DNA from: Eukaryota sp. TZLM1-RC
Taxonomy: Eukaryota; Protista; Metamonada: BaSk clade
Direction: 5' to 3'
Length of the DNA: 64,000 nucleotides
NCBI GenBank assembly: GCA_040285825.1
Contig: JAUPSS010000003.1
Location: 620,001 to 684,000, forward strand
Shown here: positions 13,401 through 23,148 of the stretch, in pieces
Numbering within the stretch: the first letter of the stretch is position 1
How the letters are laid out: the number at the start of each line of letters is the position of its first letter
Position numbers and translations under genes: made by a program
The notes under the pieces: generated by a model
Told to the model about the DNA's origin: nothing
The model's database searches: none
What the model saw: only the letters and a program-made list of their open reading frames with translations

Positions 13401-13851
13401 TGGAGGTGCTGGAGCGCTGTTTCCACTCAATTCTTCTGCTGGCTCAGTGGCAAATCTTCCTCTCAGAGGCACTTGGTTTCATCGCTCTGTTGATGTTACT
13501 TTGAGGTATTATGTCGACCGGGCTAGACAGGTAAGTTACCTTGGTGGTGCTGGAAATATTACTCTGCCTGAGGGAATGGCATCTCTCACTCAGTCTGTTG
13601 AATCTGCAACAATGGTCGCTTCTGCTACACTTGTGGAATCGATCATGGAAGCTGCAGATTTCTCTAAGTCTTTAATGCTGGCTGTGTTTCTGGTTCAAAT
13701 TGTTTTATTTTTGGTCATTTATTTCAAAGGATTTAGGGGTATAGTTCGACAAGTCCACATTGAAGAGTCAACGCTCCATCAGTTGTTGCTGTTCGTTCCA
13801 AGTGAGCTAGTATCTACATGCCAACCATTTGAGAATGAATTAATTAGTTGA
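7489..13851 (+). CDS. Large multi-TM protein, TmcB/TmcC (tiny macrocysts)-like
   Basis: N-terminal TM cluster, a TPR-like segment AFLKALEKFPNDRDLLGEYARFLDDILADESRAD, a long Ser-rich linker and repeated TM pairs; first ATG at 7489. Confidence 0.7.
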   Translation: MLGGQPRIEDPPPFQVHLFAILSKFSSSTHPHSVVLVLSYLVTVLQWTGFSGSSLFSTSSLITSSLRFTHLYHFFASTPSQVYTGLIISFFTIVIFVVGLFLASGDQILYPTAVRFIRYIATFHHTFLALPLVGASLTPFICSKSDSCTVPFAIILIGFFLAIIQSLLAITFSLSCFDQNIRSVRSFSAITARFFFYCLVSRLASLSLVELDLFIPLRSAFFITALSLFPLGILVLQQPFIHFKTNKYLSVLYSFPFPLLVSALFSLPLYLYPIFLGPLIALSIFVSSKRINRNWLSFSPEAYVSPSPDTEPPAIEAIKSWSPISVADVSIAVRSLFTTAPAKALTSWNIIFSTSRKQFPSSPLPIFLQSSILFSFPHDHHTSLAIAKPLLRYSPLDVRFMASRLVEQCQRFGRGLQTATSGSATDLRIASKALELTRSRAQAVFASLINVHLGGAEEQQKLLQSVLVAARQLSQQSKQTDSAFLKALEKFPNDRDLLGEYARFLDDILADESRADAMWERFDDLNDELMAQKEHEKIKNRSKRRGSVSGDSATEGTGTKSGTNTGTGSEEDRAASLDDESRLAQLLGVSSGQQNYELCTVVEGEESCGSDTNQSDSKVIKSSHSSTKFTNSLSIDTSKKETTQSTEQSTPPTTPNTQRTPITPRRASSWNINSFKRGVSDNSLKLTDLLGYSVSSFDAPVNTLMLKDEVIQGNQESNTGRRLVVKRKQHKQAQELKQKKKEEIPRNTPTPNNISESVSLNRKPSNLEDAINKVMNKKKKVHSVNSSSFKFKSFDSDDPSSISVAEVDSESARSDVEVPEFTVPGVSIKKLGATSSESSSEAKGVKFDTGVVDQVPSSESTEVDEPLSTERSENLSVIKSGSSEGTTTRSNSVKFKSTSYDTTRGTTTQHYDESVGSTLSSGKAPRGWSHVDVKSVTMGTTADVPEDMRSQSTAYRNQRKRRRRKLHRGRTSLKAKSASRRFSMMAFAVVSIGFLLAFVVYLSHHFYINSLMDKVVASVYPSFIATSTTSIARSVRYIRRDFSNAQNVFGLDGLLEMAINDLDTLSKQLYVDKLSSKVGKLRDLSTVIPSSQSLSFSNTRQSPPFPVFGSNVYSTTISLITSILTEAKSALSKLLSNDFDQVESEAAFLTQNAISVFSRSFLDSTIFISDLRVFNSLFLLIIISSIFFSLVFLVWSFVYVLLPALSLTSQQLSRWLHLFLLLPGEALHLLAGSEQHSKIDPFPETVDSGHTPAVSGSTVSLSSARLSSSNLPSEGSSSAGESKSSSLIKSLGLILKGLFVVLLIGIVVVLVVLPLESIPAFSADQSLLYSADLSKSWLTNSLAQLDSAWGFGGQSLSCFSRFWTLRVNNHPSLTRSAIKLTGLGQSDGLGNSALSNVRESTRLLLELDYLQLISIKLSSLGNGFPSELIGSVYDFEYFKDDTSAVYDGSEADTVKSNVEKRRISRKAISNQRVFDLLDRLEDYLESLHNEVFRRFNQIYDNILSRISNLRLLLIVFSISAFFCLFFVLLISKIQKNSRKRFGLSTILFGLVFSIVVSSAFLVVLIVDNHQQSIINQAELIKNDYDLSLPIFKYLFFSKFFVQHPSNRAIDLFLEQRSIIFERSENLSPEQFKKFQKIDKIFIQMTALVSSSLTNPQNQFSNVTWNYLDSSKFFSDHVHFGLPRVPNPADPQSGESGRCWLTNSDDDFEMVTDQKLRVSLCILTDRQVIELISDLTSSFLIDEFLDFDSDSFLFHAKSVSFIGIIALIGFLFFYFSKESLTINFNSPNLVPKNTIKCGSLNRTFISSMSGLSSYPDLSNLFSLKNQLAVLVIACSSVVLVSPLVMLFSESFSASISPLVIHRSTLASLRSCYAGRLFEELELSVDPVITHDYLTPFGPKIGLETVAYAESALDFVNKLSTAHDALLFGSSKISSSVGEYPSADALSFGFPLPNQLALNSVFVNSDLTDLVLNGGAGALFPLNSSAGSVANLPLRGTWFHRSVDVTLRYYVDRARQVSYLGGAGNITLPEGMASLTQSVESATMVASATLVESIMEAADFSKSLMLAVFLVQIVLFLVIYFKGFRGIVRQVHIEESTLHQLLLFVPSELVSTCQPFENELIS

Positions 13852-14264
13852 GTTTTTGTCTATATGATGAAATTTTCCTTTTTTTGGTTGTAATTATATT
13901 AATAAATTTTGTTTAATGAATCTATGGTCAATGATCAATACTACCGAAGTAGCTGCCTACTGGAAGCCTACTGGTTGAAGTAGACTGATAACAACTATCT
14001 AATAGAAGAGAAGTAGACTGAAGCTGAATCTAGGAACTTTTCTTACCAGAGTTTATTGACTTGTCTTTTCAGTACAAGATTTTGAATAATCAACAATTAA
14101 ATCATTTCTCCCAAATAAAACAACAGTCTATTCTCCTCAGTCAACTATTAGGACTGTCCGAAATCAGTTTCGTTTAGACGGTCGGACCCGAACTCAACCA
14201 AACCTAGCATATTCCTGTCAGAAGAAGTGCATGGCGCATGACAACTATGACTAGATTTTACTAG

Positions 14265-15290
14265 TCAGTAAAAACTAAGTTCTAAGACAAACAGGCCTAC
14301 CTTCTTCACCGGATAACCAGTGATCAAATACATCAACATATTCAAACAAGCCATCTTGTTCCTATTCCAATACTTTGCCTTGACTGCTTCTCTACTTTCT
14401 GACTTTTTACATCGTGCTTTTGCATCATTAATACACTGAGAACTTCTACATTCCAAAAGCCCATGAGGAGATTTGAACGGTATTTTCTCAGCACTTTTAG
14501 GAATTGGATTCCTTGTTTTGATAGTTGTTTCAAACACTGTTTCAAAGCAAGAAGGACACTTTGAAGAAGTATGGCTTTCATCAATTAGAACAGTTTAAAA
14601 ACCTGGTTTAATACAACAACTTATCCATCTATTGGAAGGAGTTGGATTACTGATTGGTTTACGACCCAAGTCCCCAATACACAATACTATTTTGTCTTTA
14701 CCACCGAATGTTGTCAATAACTTGTTCACAATTTTTTCTTCAGTTTTTTGCCTATGGATATAACTTTGGATATTATGTATCCTCCATAAGGGTAAACTAT
14801 AAAATTGTTTCACTGCATTGTAGTGTTTACACTTGGCCAACAAAAACTCTCTGAATTTCTGGTAATCAACAGTTTTTGAATCATGATCACGTAATCACGA
14901 ATTCCATTCCTCAATGGTCATTGTCTGGTCTTCACTATTACCATTATTTTGTCTAACACAAAATTGTAACACTTGTTTGTGTTTTCTATTGAGACGTGAC
15001 CATTCACCATTTGTTAGACTCATCCATTCATATTTTTTCAGTGGATTTGAATTGGATTCTTCCGACTGTGCTCCAAATTGAATTAAATCTCTCCTTCCAA
15101 GATCACCAAAAACCACATTTTTATCACTATAATCTTCAGAATCAAGGTGATTAAAATCAGAGACTGATATCTTGGCAATATTTGAATCAGGTTTAAAGGT
15201 TAATCCTGCGAGATCGTCTCTCACAAACTGAAAACAAATACTTATACCATTGGTTACTGCATAATTATTGAATTTGAAACCATGAAGAAT
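14265..15290 (-). mobile_element. Fanzor remnant, family B (frameshifted)
   Basis: FKFNNYAVTNGISICFQF (WED-like), VVFGDLGRRDL (RuvC-I), VLCIGDL, VLIDESHTSSKCPSC (RuvC-II plus Zn), HGLLECRSSQC and YWNRNKMACLNM (RuvC-III, D>N). Confidence 0.85.
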
Positions 15291-15344
15291 GAGAAAAACT
15301 GATTCAAAAACGCAGCCAGAGGTGTAGTTAAGATGACAGTGCTC

Positions 15345-15813
15345 AGCAATGGTTTCAGACTGTTCAGACTTAATAGGAAGTGAGAGGCTTGGAGCAAAAT
15401 GGATGATTTTTGAAAATAGGAGTGGAGGTCCAGAAAATAACATTGTAGTGATGGGTGATTGGAAACAAACCAATTTTAGACAACAAGCACCTACACAGAG
15501 TATTGAATAACTAAAAATGTTTAAAGAACACAACTTCCGTCTATTGCTGCTGGATGAATATAGAACAAGTTCTCGATCTCATGCAGGTGTACTCGAGCGA
15601 AAAGAAGGTGAAAATGTGAAACATTAAGTACCTCATCCAACACCTTACAGAAGATCAAAGGCTCCAACGGTAATTAGACATAGGTGACTCACTTGCAAGG
15701 GGTGTGGAAGTCTATGGAATCGTAATGTCAATGCTGTTCTTAATATGATTCATGTTGTAGATCCGTATCTCAAAGGAAATGAAAGTCCTCAAGTTTTGAC
15801 AAGATCATCTTGA
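15345..15813 (+). mobile_element. Fanzor remnant, family C, C-terminal part (not in the ORF track)
   Basis: Manual translation: GGPENNIVVMGDWKQ...LLLLDEYRTSS ... LTCKGCGSLWNRNVNAVLNMIHVVDPYLKG*, with stops and frameshifts. Confidence 0.85.
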
Positions 15814-15837
15814 TTCATTTCATCTCCATATTCCAAA

Positions 15838-15871
15838 TTACTACTATTTGACATCTTTGTGCTACTAGCCG
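15838..15871 (+). promoter_or_regulatory. Conserved 34-nt pre-ATG leader element, copy 1
   Basis: TTACTACTATTTGACATCTTTGTGCTACTAGCCG|ATG; 28/34 identical to 38326-38359 (minus) and 27/34 to 29719-29752, all with the same spacing to ATG. Confidence 0.7.
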
Positions 15872-17110
15872 ATGTCTCTCAATACACCCCTCCATGAGGA
15901 TGACGAGGACGCAATCTGTTGTGATATTTGCTACGAGATGTTTGATGATCAGGACCATTCACCATTCACAATTTGTGAGAATGGACACACTGCATGCATG
16001 TGTTGTGCTCGAAAAGCAGCTCGCTGTTTCATCTGCCGTGAATCTATTTTGGAGAAGCTGATCCCTAATCGTGATGTGCTTAACATTCTCGAGGCAATCA
16101 ACAATAGTGGCCATCAAATCCCATTCATCCCTTATGACGATCTCCATGTTGAAAACACCCCTTTTATGACCGATAACACTGGAGAATTCAGAGAATGTAC
16201 TTGGAAAACAACTAACATGATTCTGAAGGTATACAAGGAATTAACTGAAGCTGGGAAGCTACGTCTCATGCAAGAAATAAAGAGAACACTCAATTTCAAC
16301 TTTCCCAATGTTATACGAGCATTTGGAACCACCACTCTACCATCTGGACAGATCGGCCTCATCATTGAGCATTGTGATGGATCTCTGTCTGATCTTATTC
16401 CCTCCGAAACGTCAGTGGAAAACATCAAATTGGCTCGTCAAGTAGTAGCTGCGGTTGAGTATCTCCACAATGCGAAGATGTGCCATTACAATCTCACCCC
16501 TGGAAAGATTCTATTGTCACACGGTGTTTGTAAGATCGCTGATTTTGGAACTTCGAAGATCATTGAGGAACACACCACTATGCCTTCTACTCAATTCAAT
16601 GAAGCTCTCCGTTATGCCCCCATTGAATTGATGGAAAATCGAAAAGAAGGTCCCAAAACCGATGTCTATAGTGTTGGTATCGTTTTGTTTGAGCTTTTGT
16701 GTGGAAAGCATGCATTTGGCAAGAAAATCCAACTTATGATGAAAGACAAAATGCAGAGTGCTCCCCTTCCTTTTCCCAATGACTGCCATGCCCAGCTACG
16801 GGAAATATTACAACGATGTGCATCAGCTGACCCCCACATGAGGCCACAACTCCACGAAATAGATCAAGTTCTTCATTCAATGCTAGATGTCTCTGTTTCT
16901 GGTGTTGACCGTGAAAAAGAACAGCTGAGGGCCGAAGTACGCACTTTGAGGAATGATATAGAACAATTTAGAACAAATGAAACAAAGCTACGACAGCAAT
17001 TGCTTCAGGAAAAACAGCGTTACACATGTTTAGAACAGCGGTTTAAGGAAAAAATGGACAACTTTGCCTCTCTGAGCCGTAAGTTTGGCAGATTGTGTGA
17101 GGGTCTCTAG
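15872..17110 (+). CDS. RING-finger / TKL-like pseudokinase / coiled-coil protein
   Basis: CDIC...CENGHTACMCC...CFICR RING finger. Kinase fold has DFG, YAPIE and DVYSVG, but HRD is replaced by HYN and there is no GxGxxG. C-terminal coiled coil. Confidence 0.85.
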   Translation: MSLNTPLHEDDEDAICCDICYEMFDDQDHSPFTICENGHTACMCCARKAARCFICRESILEKLIPNRDVLNILEAINNSGHQIPFIPYDDLHVENTPFMTDNTGEFRECTWKTTNMILKVYKELTEAGKLRLMQEIKRTLNFNFPNVIRAFGTTTLPSGQIGLIIEHCDGSLSDLIPSETSVENIKLARQVVAAVEYLHNAKMCHYNLTPGKILLSHGVCKIADFGTSKIIEEHTTMPSTQFNEALRYAPIELMENRKEGPKTDVYSVGIVLFELLCGKHAFGKKIQLMMKDKMQSAPLPFPNDCHAQLREILQRCASADPHMRPQLHEIDQVLHSMLDVSVSGVDREKEQLRAEVRTLRNDIEQFRTNETKLRQQLLQEKQRYTCLEQRFKEKMDNFASLSRKFGRLCEGL

Positions 17111-17596
17111 TTGTTTGTAGTTATAAATAATTTTGAAGTGAAAAATGCTGCAGTTAGACAGTATCTAATTCATAGATTGAATACGTGAATATGACATTTG
17201 TTACTTCTTTGTGTGTGAGTACAGTGTATCGTATTGAAATTTGAATTTTCTTCAAATATCATTCAAAATTTGTAAACTTAAAAATTTCACCTTTTTCAAA
17301 ATCTACGAATTAATTTAATGAAGAATTATTGCATTTATTGAATTTGCACACTTAATTAAATTAACTCATAACTAATGGGACGACTATCATTGAACCAAGA
17401 TTTCCTCTACAAAATCTTGATCTGCTTGCTGTCTAGCTAAAGCTTCTCTTATTCGATTGAAAAACCGTGGTAATCTATTAATAATGGCAAATTGAATCCG
17501 TGAACGCCATAAAAAAATTAATTAATTTGAAAGTAATAAATTAAAAATAAAAAAATAAAAAAACTTTCTTTATCTATTCACACAAGGAACACAACA

Positions 17597-18007
17597 ATGA
17601 ACACGAACTATATATCTCCTCATGACCTTGCAAGTCTTTTTCGTGACAATGCAAACATTATGGTGGTGGATGTACGTTCATATGACTACACTTCAGGCAA
17701 ACTTCCTACCTCAATCAACATTCCTTCTCACCAGTTTGAAGATATAGGGGTTGTAGAAAACCTGACTCACCTTGTTTCAAAAGCTGCACCTGATCTCGTC
17801 GTCTTTCATTGCCACTTGAGTCAAGAACGAGGACCTTTTTGTTATAGAGTGTTTTCAAACACTTTTCGAGCCCTCTATCCACAGAATAAGACAAAGATTT
17901 GTGTTCTCGAAGGAGGATTTAAGAACTATAGAAGATTGTTTTGCGAAGATTCTAAGTTGTATGTTCCATTGGCAGAGACTGTTTCAAACCATGATGTGTC
18001 GGACTGA
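17597..18007 (+). CDS. Cdc25-like/ACR2-type single-domain rhodanese (phosphatase/arsenate reductase)
   Basis: VVDVR, VFHCHLSQERGP (HCx5R) and VLEGGF motifs. Confidence 0.88.
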   Translation: MNTNYISPHDLASLFRDNANIMVVDVRSYDYTSGKLPTSINIPSHQFEDIGVVENLTHLVSKAAPDLVVFHCHLSQERGPFCYRVFSNTFRALYPQNKTKICVLEGGFKNYRRLFCEDSKLYVPLAETVSNHDVSD

Positions 18008-18499
18008 GTTTTAACAAGGACAAAGAGAACTTTGAGGGGTATGTTGCCTACAATTGATCATATTTGGAACAAGAATTGTGGCAAAAGACTCTCCTTTTAT
18101 TTATTGTATTCATTTTTACTCAGTATTTTGTTTTTTGCAATGTAAATTTTTCGTCACAACATAAATGTGTTTGTGTAATAGTTCCAATTAAAGCAGTAAA
18201 TCAAAGTAAATGATATTTCTCCTTTTTTTCTTGTTTGACTTTAAGTCCCTGTGTGCAGTCTCAAGATATACTGAAAAAATATTGTTCATTAGACGTTGAT
18301 AGCTCTAGATTAAAGTCAGGATAATTTTGGTTAATTCTCTATGTTAATCATAGAATACGTTTAAAATGTCACTTAAAATTGGTTAATTACTGCATAATTA
18401 ATCAAGTGTCCAGCAAGGAGACACTTTAAATCCTCTTCTTTTTGTTTAAATATTCACAAAAATTTGGCCATCTCGAAACTTAAATGGGAAAATTGCATC

Positions 18500-19078
18500 A
18501 AACAACCCCATTTACCTTTTCAGAAACAAGCAATTCCCGTTTCCATGTCTTTCAATCCACATTTACCGCAAGGGAGCGTACACTTAGTGCCCTTCTCTAC
18601 CACAATTACCACATCTTCTTGCCTTCTTTCTTCCAACTGCCAAGACCTTCTTTGCCATAAATCGATTCCTTTTCAGCTCTGCATGATTTGATTCAACACG
18701 AGTTGTGGTGTAGCTATTGAAATGAGTGAACTGGTCTGTGTAGCAATGTAAAAATTCAGTTCCAACTGGTAGTAAGCTCTGCTCGATATAATCAACAGCT
18801 TTTTGAATTAACTAGTTGCTCCACAAATCAAGTTCTTGTAAGTGAATAGGAAATCGTTCAATAAAAGTTTCATTGAGGATTAGGTTTCATTGATTAGCAC
18901 AGCAGGAACATCGGAAATACACGGAGACACCAGGTTTATGAGCACATAAGTGAAAAGCAAAGCCTTGCTCATTACTCCATCTTTTCCAATATTCCAAGAG
19001 GGTCTTGAAGGAAGAACTTCTTTGTAGGGGACTGATATCATTCACTCTAGCACTATTGCATTCAGGATGTTGTATCAT
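18500..19078 (-). mobile_element. Internally deleted MULE/Mutator transposase remnant
   Basis: FAR1-like DBD (WSNEQGF...YFRC) at 18887-19078, then YTDQFTHFNSYTTTRVESNHAELK (~18670-18750), matching the MULE TTxRVESxH motif. Confidence 0.7.
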
Positions 19079-19486
19079 GATAAAATTTTAGAAAGTACAA
19101 GTTTAGCAAAAAGTACAAGTTTAGCAAAAATGTTAGTACTAGAATTGAACCAAGACCAAAGATCCTTTATTGAAAAAACACAAGGTGTTGGAACTGTGAA
19201 TGGAATCCAGAAAGTCTTTACTGAAGAAACAAGACATGAAACAGTACCAGAAGAATATGCACAGGACTTTATTGAACAAACGAGAGATCAAGATGAAGGT
19301 GAAGCAGAGACTTTTGCATCAAAAAAGCGTAGTTATCGCTGTGGCAACTGCTTGATGTCAGGTCATAGAGCTCCCCAGTGCCCAAATCCAAGAAAAGACA
19401 CGAAGGAAAAACGAAGATATCGGTGTTCAAAGTGTGGTCCAGAAGGTCATAAAGCAACTAACTGTAGCAGGGATCTGAATCAATAA
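19067..19486 (+). CDS. Small protein or transposase C-terminal remnant with two CCHC zinc knuckles
   Basis: CGNCLMSGHRAPQC and CSKCGPEGHKATNC; sits in a transposon-debris spacer. Confidence 0.5.
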   Translation: MLYHDKILESTSLAKSTSLAKMLVLELNQDQRSFIEKTQGVGTVNGIQKVFTEETRHETVPEEYAQDFIEQTRDQDEGEAETFASKKRSYRCGNCLMSGHRAPQCPNPRKDTKEKRRYRCSKCGPEGHKATNCSRDLNQ

Positions 19487-20059
19487 TAAATCAATTGATT
19501 TTGTGTTAACAAGTGTTTCCGGTTGGTATTTGAAAATGCAAATGCATTTGAGGTTGGATTTTGAAAATTGAAAATGACAGAGGTTTGATTTTGAAAACTG
19601 ATATTGGCAGAGGTTGGATTTTGCAAATGACCCAACTCAAATGCCCAACTCACAAAAGTATTGCACACATGGACGATATTTAACTTGTTCGTCCATTTAA
19701 TTTACCACAAACAGTGGTTTAAGACATTGCTAATTCATATGAAAATATTGAAAAAATTTCATTTTATACCTGACAAATGACTCTCAATTGGTCACTTTTC
19801 ATGTACTTTTGATCAATGTTTCTGTTGTTACACTCACGAACTATAGAGGTGATGCTTTTACACTTAATGGTTGCTACTTATGGAATTCTTCTAAATTCTC
19901 AATTAATAACAAAGTATTTTGGAAAAATGACAATGAACTAGATCCCATTTCCTCTTTAGTTTTTGAAAAGCATATCGAATTTGAATTAAATACACAAATC
20001 TTAATAGTAAGTGCAATTTTATTGTATGTAAAAGTCTCATAGAATTGAATCTTTTTTTG

Positions 20060-20520
20060 AAACATTGTTGTCAAATCTGTTTGATGCTGAGGATGATGTA
20101 ATAAAATGAAAAAAAAGATGTCATATTACCTGGATTCGAAGGATCAACTATTTTAATAGATGTGATGTCTCTTGTTCCTCTATGCTCCTAATGAGAGGTT
20201 TATTACGTATGCAAAGTATAATCCTCATTCCGACGCCAAAAACTTCACAATTGAAAATATATTAAACGTTTATCCAAATTGTCTACCCAATACCATGTAA
20301 ATTACAATTTGTATCCATTTGTATTTTTTTAATTGGTTCACTTGCTCCTATTGCGGCAACTTTTTTGGCAAATTGAAAACTCAATGTGGAAGTTCAGTAA
20401 ATAAAAAAGATGTTAAAACAGAGCCAATAGAACTTTTGACAGATTATTTTGGCAAACTAGAATTGTATTTTCTGCTTTTGAGGGTATGTTGAAGATGGTT
20501 TTTCATGGTTTGCATGTAAT
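20060..20520 (+). mobile_element. Decayed CRE-like REL endonuclease fragment
   Basis: Nucleotide similarity to the reverse complement of 46300-46750 (GATGTCATATTACCTG..., AATTTGTATCCATTTGTATTTT). Confidence 0.7.
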
Positions 20521-21929
20521 TTTCAACTTCACTGTAGCCTTAAGTTGAAGAATTGGAAAAAGGAAAAGTATGAGATAATGTGAATGAGGTAAAGTTGATT
20601 TATTTTGTCCTTATTCTAATTAAGCCTAAAGGCGCCAACATCACAGGGAATGGTGAAATTAATTACTGATTCACTATTTCCCTATGGTTGATTTTCAGAA
20701 TCTTTAGTAATTAACTTCTGTGATGGTGGAGAGGCAGGTTTTCAACTTGTTGAAATTCTGTTGTGATTAAATTTTTGAAGAAGACCAAATTCTTCGCCGG
20801 TGCAGCAAAAGATGCAATGGAGCGACAGTTTTGTTACATACGAACTGTCAGCGTCTTGGCCTGTGGTCTTGCTCAGTATTTTATACTGATGCATTTGAAC
20901 ATGGCCCACTGGTTGTACCATCAACAATTCTAGTATCAATGCCAAGACTTTGTGGTGATGGCCAATCCTCCAGTCCGGCGACCCTTTGAAAACCACCGAA
21001 AGGTCTACAAGGCTCTCTTTTATGCTTCTGACCCAACCAGGTGGCAATTTCCCCCTCTGAGTTGTGATAAAAGGACTGACAACTGATACCATTCTGGCAT
21101 CCGAAGCTTTCGCGCACTCCAAAGGGCGAACAGCTTTTGTCAAATAAAGACAGATGGCCCAGTTGTATGGAAGCTTAACTTCTACAAAACAATGGCAGTC
21201 TTCTTTGACTGTCCAGCTCCGAAAAATATGCTGCTGCGTTTCTTAAAAATTCGGCCGTTTCAGAGCAGGTACTTGGTTGGTATGAGCAACACCATGCTCA
21301 CATAACTGATTTGTTTAAACAACAAGTTGGTGACCCTGCTAGGTTCCAAGCGCTCTTAGAAGAAACTGACATTTAACTGAACGCTGAATCGATGACTTTT
21401 ATCTTCTCCGCCAACCTCCGTATTTTGTCCTTCCTTGAGAGCATGGCGGGTGAAACATTGAAGAGACACGCTCTCGTTTCATCCGCAAGCTACTCACCAA
21501 ATTTATTTTATTCAGTCAACAACTTGAAAAACCCTTCTTGCGTTTAAATCCAAACCGACAACTACTGAAAAACCCATTCAAGTATCTGAGTAGTAGATAG
21601 CTTTTTTCATTATTGCGCACAAAAATTGATCGTATATTTATGGCAATTTGCCTATAAAAATCATTAAAAATATTTTAAAAATCGAACATACAATTCTATT
21701 TTACCAATTTTCAGGAGTGAATATTCTTTCAATTCATACCTTCAGAACTGGAGTGCACAGAAGTCTTCAAGGAATGGCAAGGAATGAAGTATGCTTAACG
21801 TCTATCTAGATTGCATGAATTAATCAAAAGCCAGAAGTGCGTTTTGATAGAAAATCATAGTGATAAAAATCTGTGTAATTTTTTTTAAAAAAAGTTTTTG
21901 ATTTCTTACTTTCAAAAAACTAAACACAA

Positions 21930-23060
21930 AAATTAAAATTCCAAATTTTCATATGCCAAATCTACCAAAAGAATTGACTGGACGTTTTTCCTTCATAAAA
22001 GCGACCAAAAAATAATAAAGCAGAAGACAATAACGATACAACACCTTTGACAATTGAAAATACAATTCTGTTCTGCCAAAACGTTTTGTCAAAAATTCTT
22101 CCTGTACGTTGTTTTACAATTTCAACATAATCATCCAAAAGAGATAAAGCAAGTGGTCCAAGCGTACGATGTAAGGAAAAAGCAAATGGACAAAGGACAT
22201 AATGAGTATGAGATTCAGCATTCAAGGATGCCAACTTTGCTCTATATTTATCAATTTTAGAATTTTCAGCAACAGACAGCGGATTCTTGTGTTTTGACTG
22301 AGCTAATGGTATGAAAGAATTATTACACACATCAGTTGATCTCGGATCAGTGATGATAGTGGTCCCATCAAGTCCTTCAAGCATTAAATCAGCTCTGTTA
22401 CGACCAAGTATTCAAAGTGTCCCCATCAACAAAACGAGAAAGTAATGGTTTCAAATAGGAGACAATTCTGTGAGGCTTAGACATACAATAGAGCTGATCT
22501 CTAACTGCATCATGGACTTTTGATCGAAAAGTAATAAAATGTTTACAGTTTAACAAAAGATTTGGAGAAATTTTTGATCCACATTTGCAAACCAAATTAT
22601 GAGGAACGTTATTGGGCCAAAACAACCATCGAAGGCGCATTGTACAAGAAAATGTGGTATCATCTAAAAGAAGTCCATAAATTTGAGAAATTAAACAAGA
22701 TGAAGAACTATTTTGAGAATCTAACATGAAATTTGCGAAAGCGGGATCTTTTTTGGCCGAGCCAAGACGAACATTAAAATCCAAACCTTCACAAACTATT
22801 AAATTTTGTTGCAATTTTTTAATACTATACCTCAAATTAACTAGTGTTCTAGGTTGTACTTCCTGCATATTATCGGAAAAGCATTTATTTCAAATTTCAG
22901 GAGGCAAACAATCAAAAGCATTTTGCAAGGTCTCTTAAATAATTATTACTTGTAGGATTCAATAAATTAACATCATTAGGAAAACGGTTGCAAAATTCAA
23001 AAACAAAATTGATTGATGGGGTTTGAGTAGAACAAAACCTTAATTAAGGTTTGTTGTTTT
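21930..23060 (-). mobile_element. CRE-like retrotransposon 3' part (CCHC plus restriction-like endonuclease), frameshifted
   Basis: CKCGS...LLNCKHFITFRSKVHDAVRDQL, GLDGTTIITD, KIDKY and PFAFSL...FWQNRIVFSI; A-rich 3' tail near 21930. Confidence 0.85.
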
Positions 23061-23148
23061 GTTTTACAATGTGTCTGTTTCCGGAATAATTTTTCTTCTA
23101 ATTCTGGAATTTGGAATTCCAGCAGTTGGTGTTGGAAATACACTTTAC

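Noticed and set aside
14895-15533. 212-aa ORF as a real gene
   Set aside because: Chimera of the antisense of a plus-strand Fanzor fragment and part of a minus-strand Fanzor.
19540-19625. Three short repeats GAGGTT(G/T)GATTTTG(A/C)AAA
   Set aside because: Likely subterminal transposon repeats; too few and irregular to be an array.
20740-21500. Possible hAT transposase relic on the + strand (AHWL, PTRW)
   Set aside because: Only two short motifs amid many stops and no TIRs found; too weak to call.
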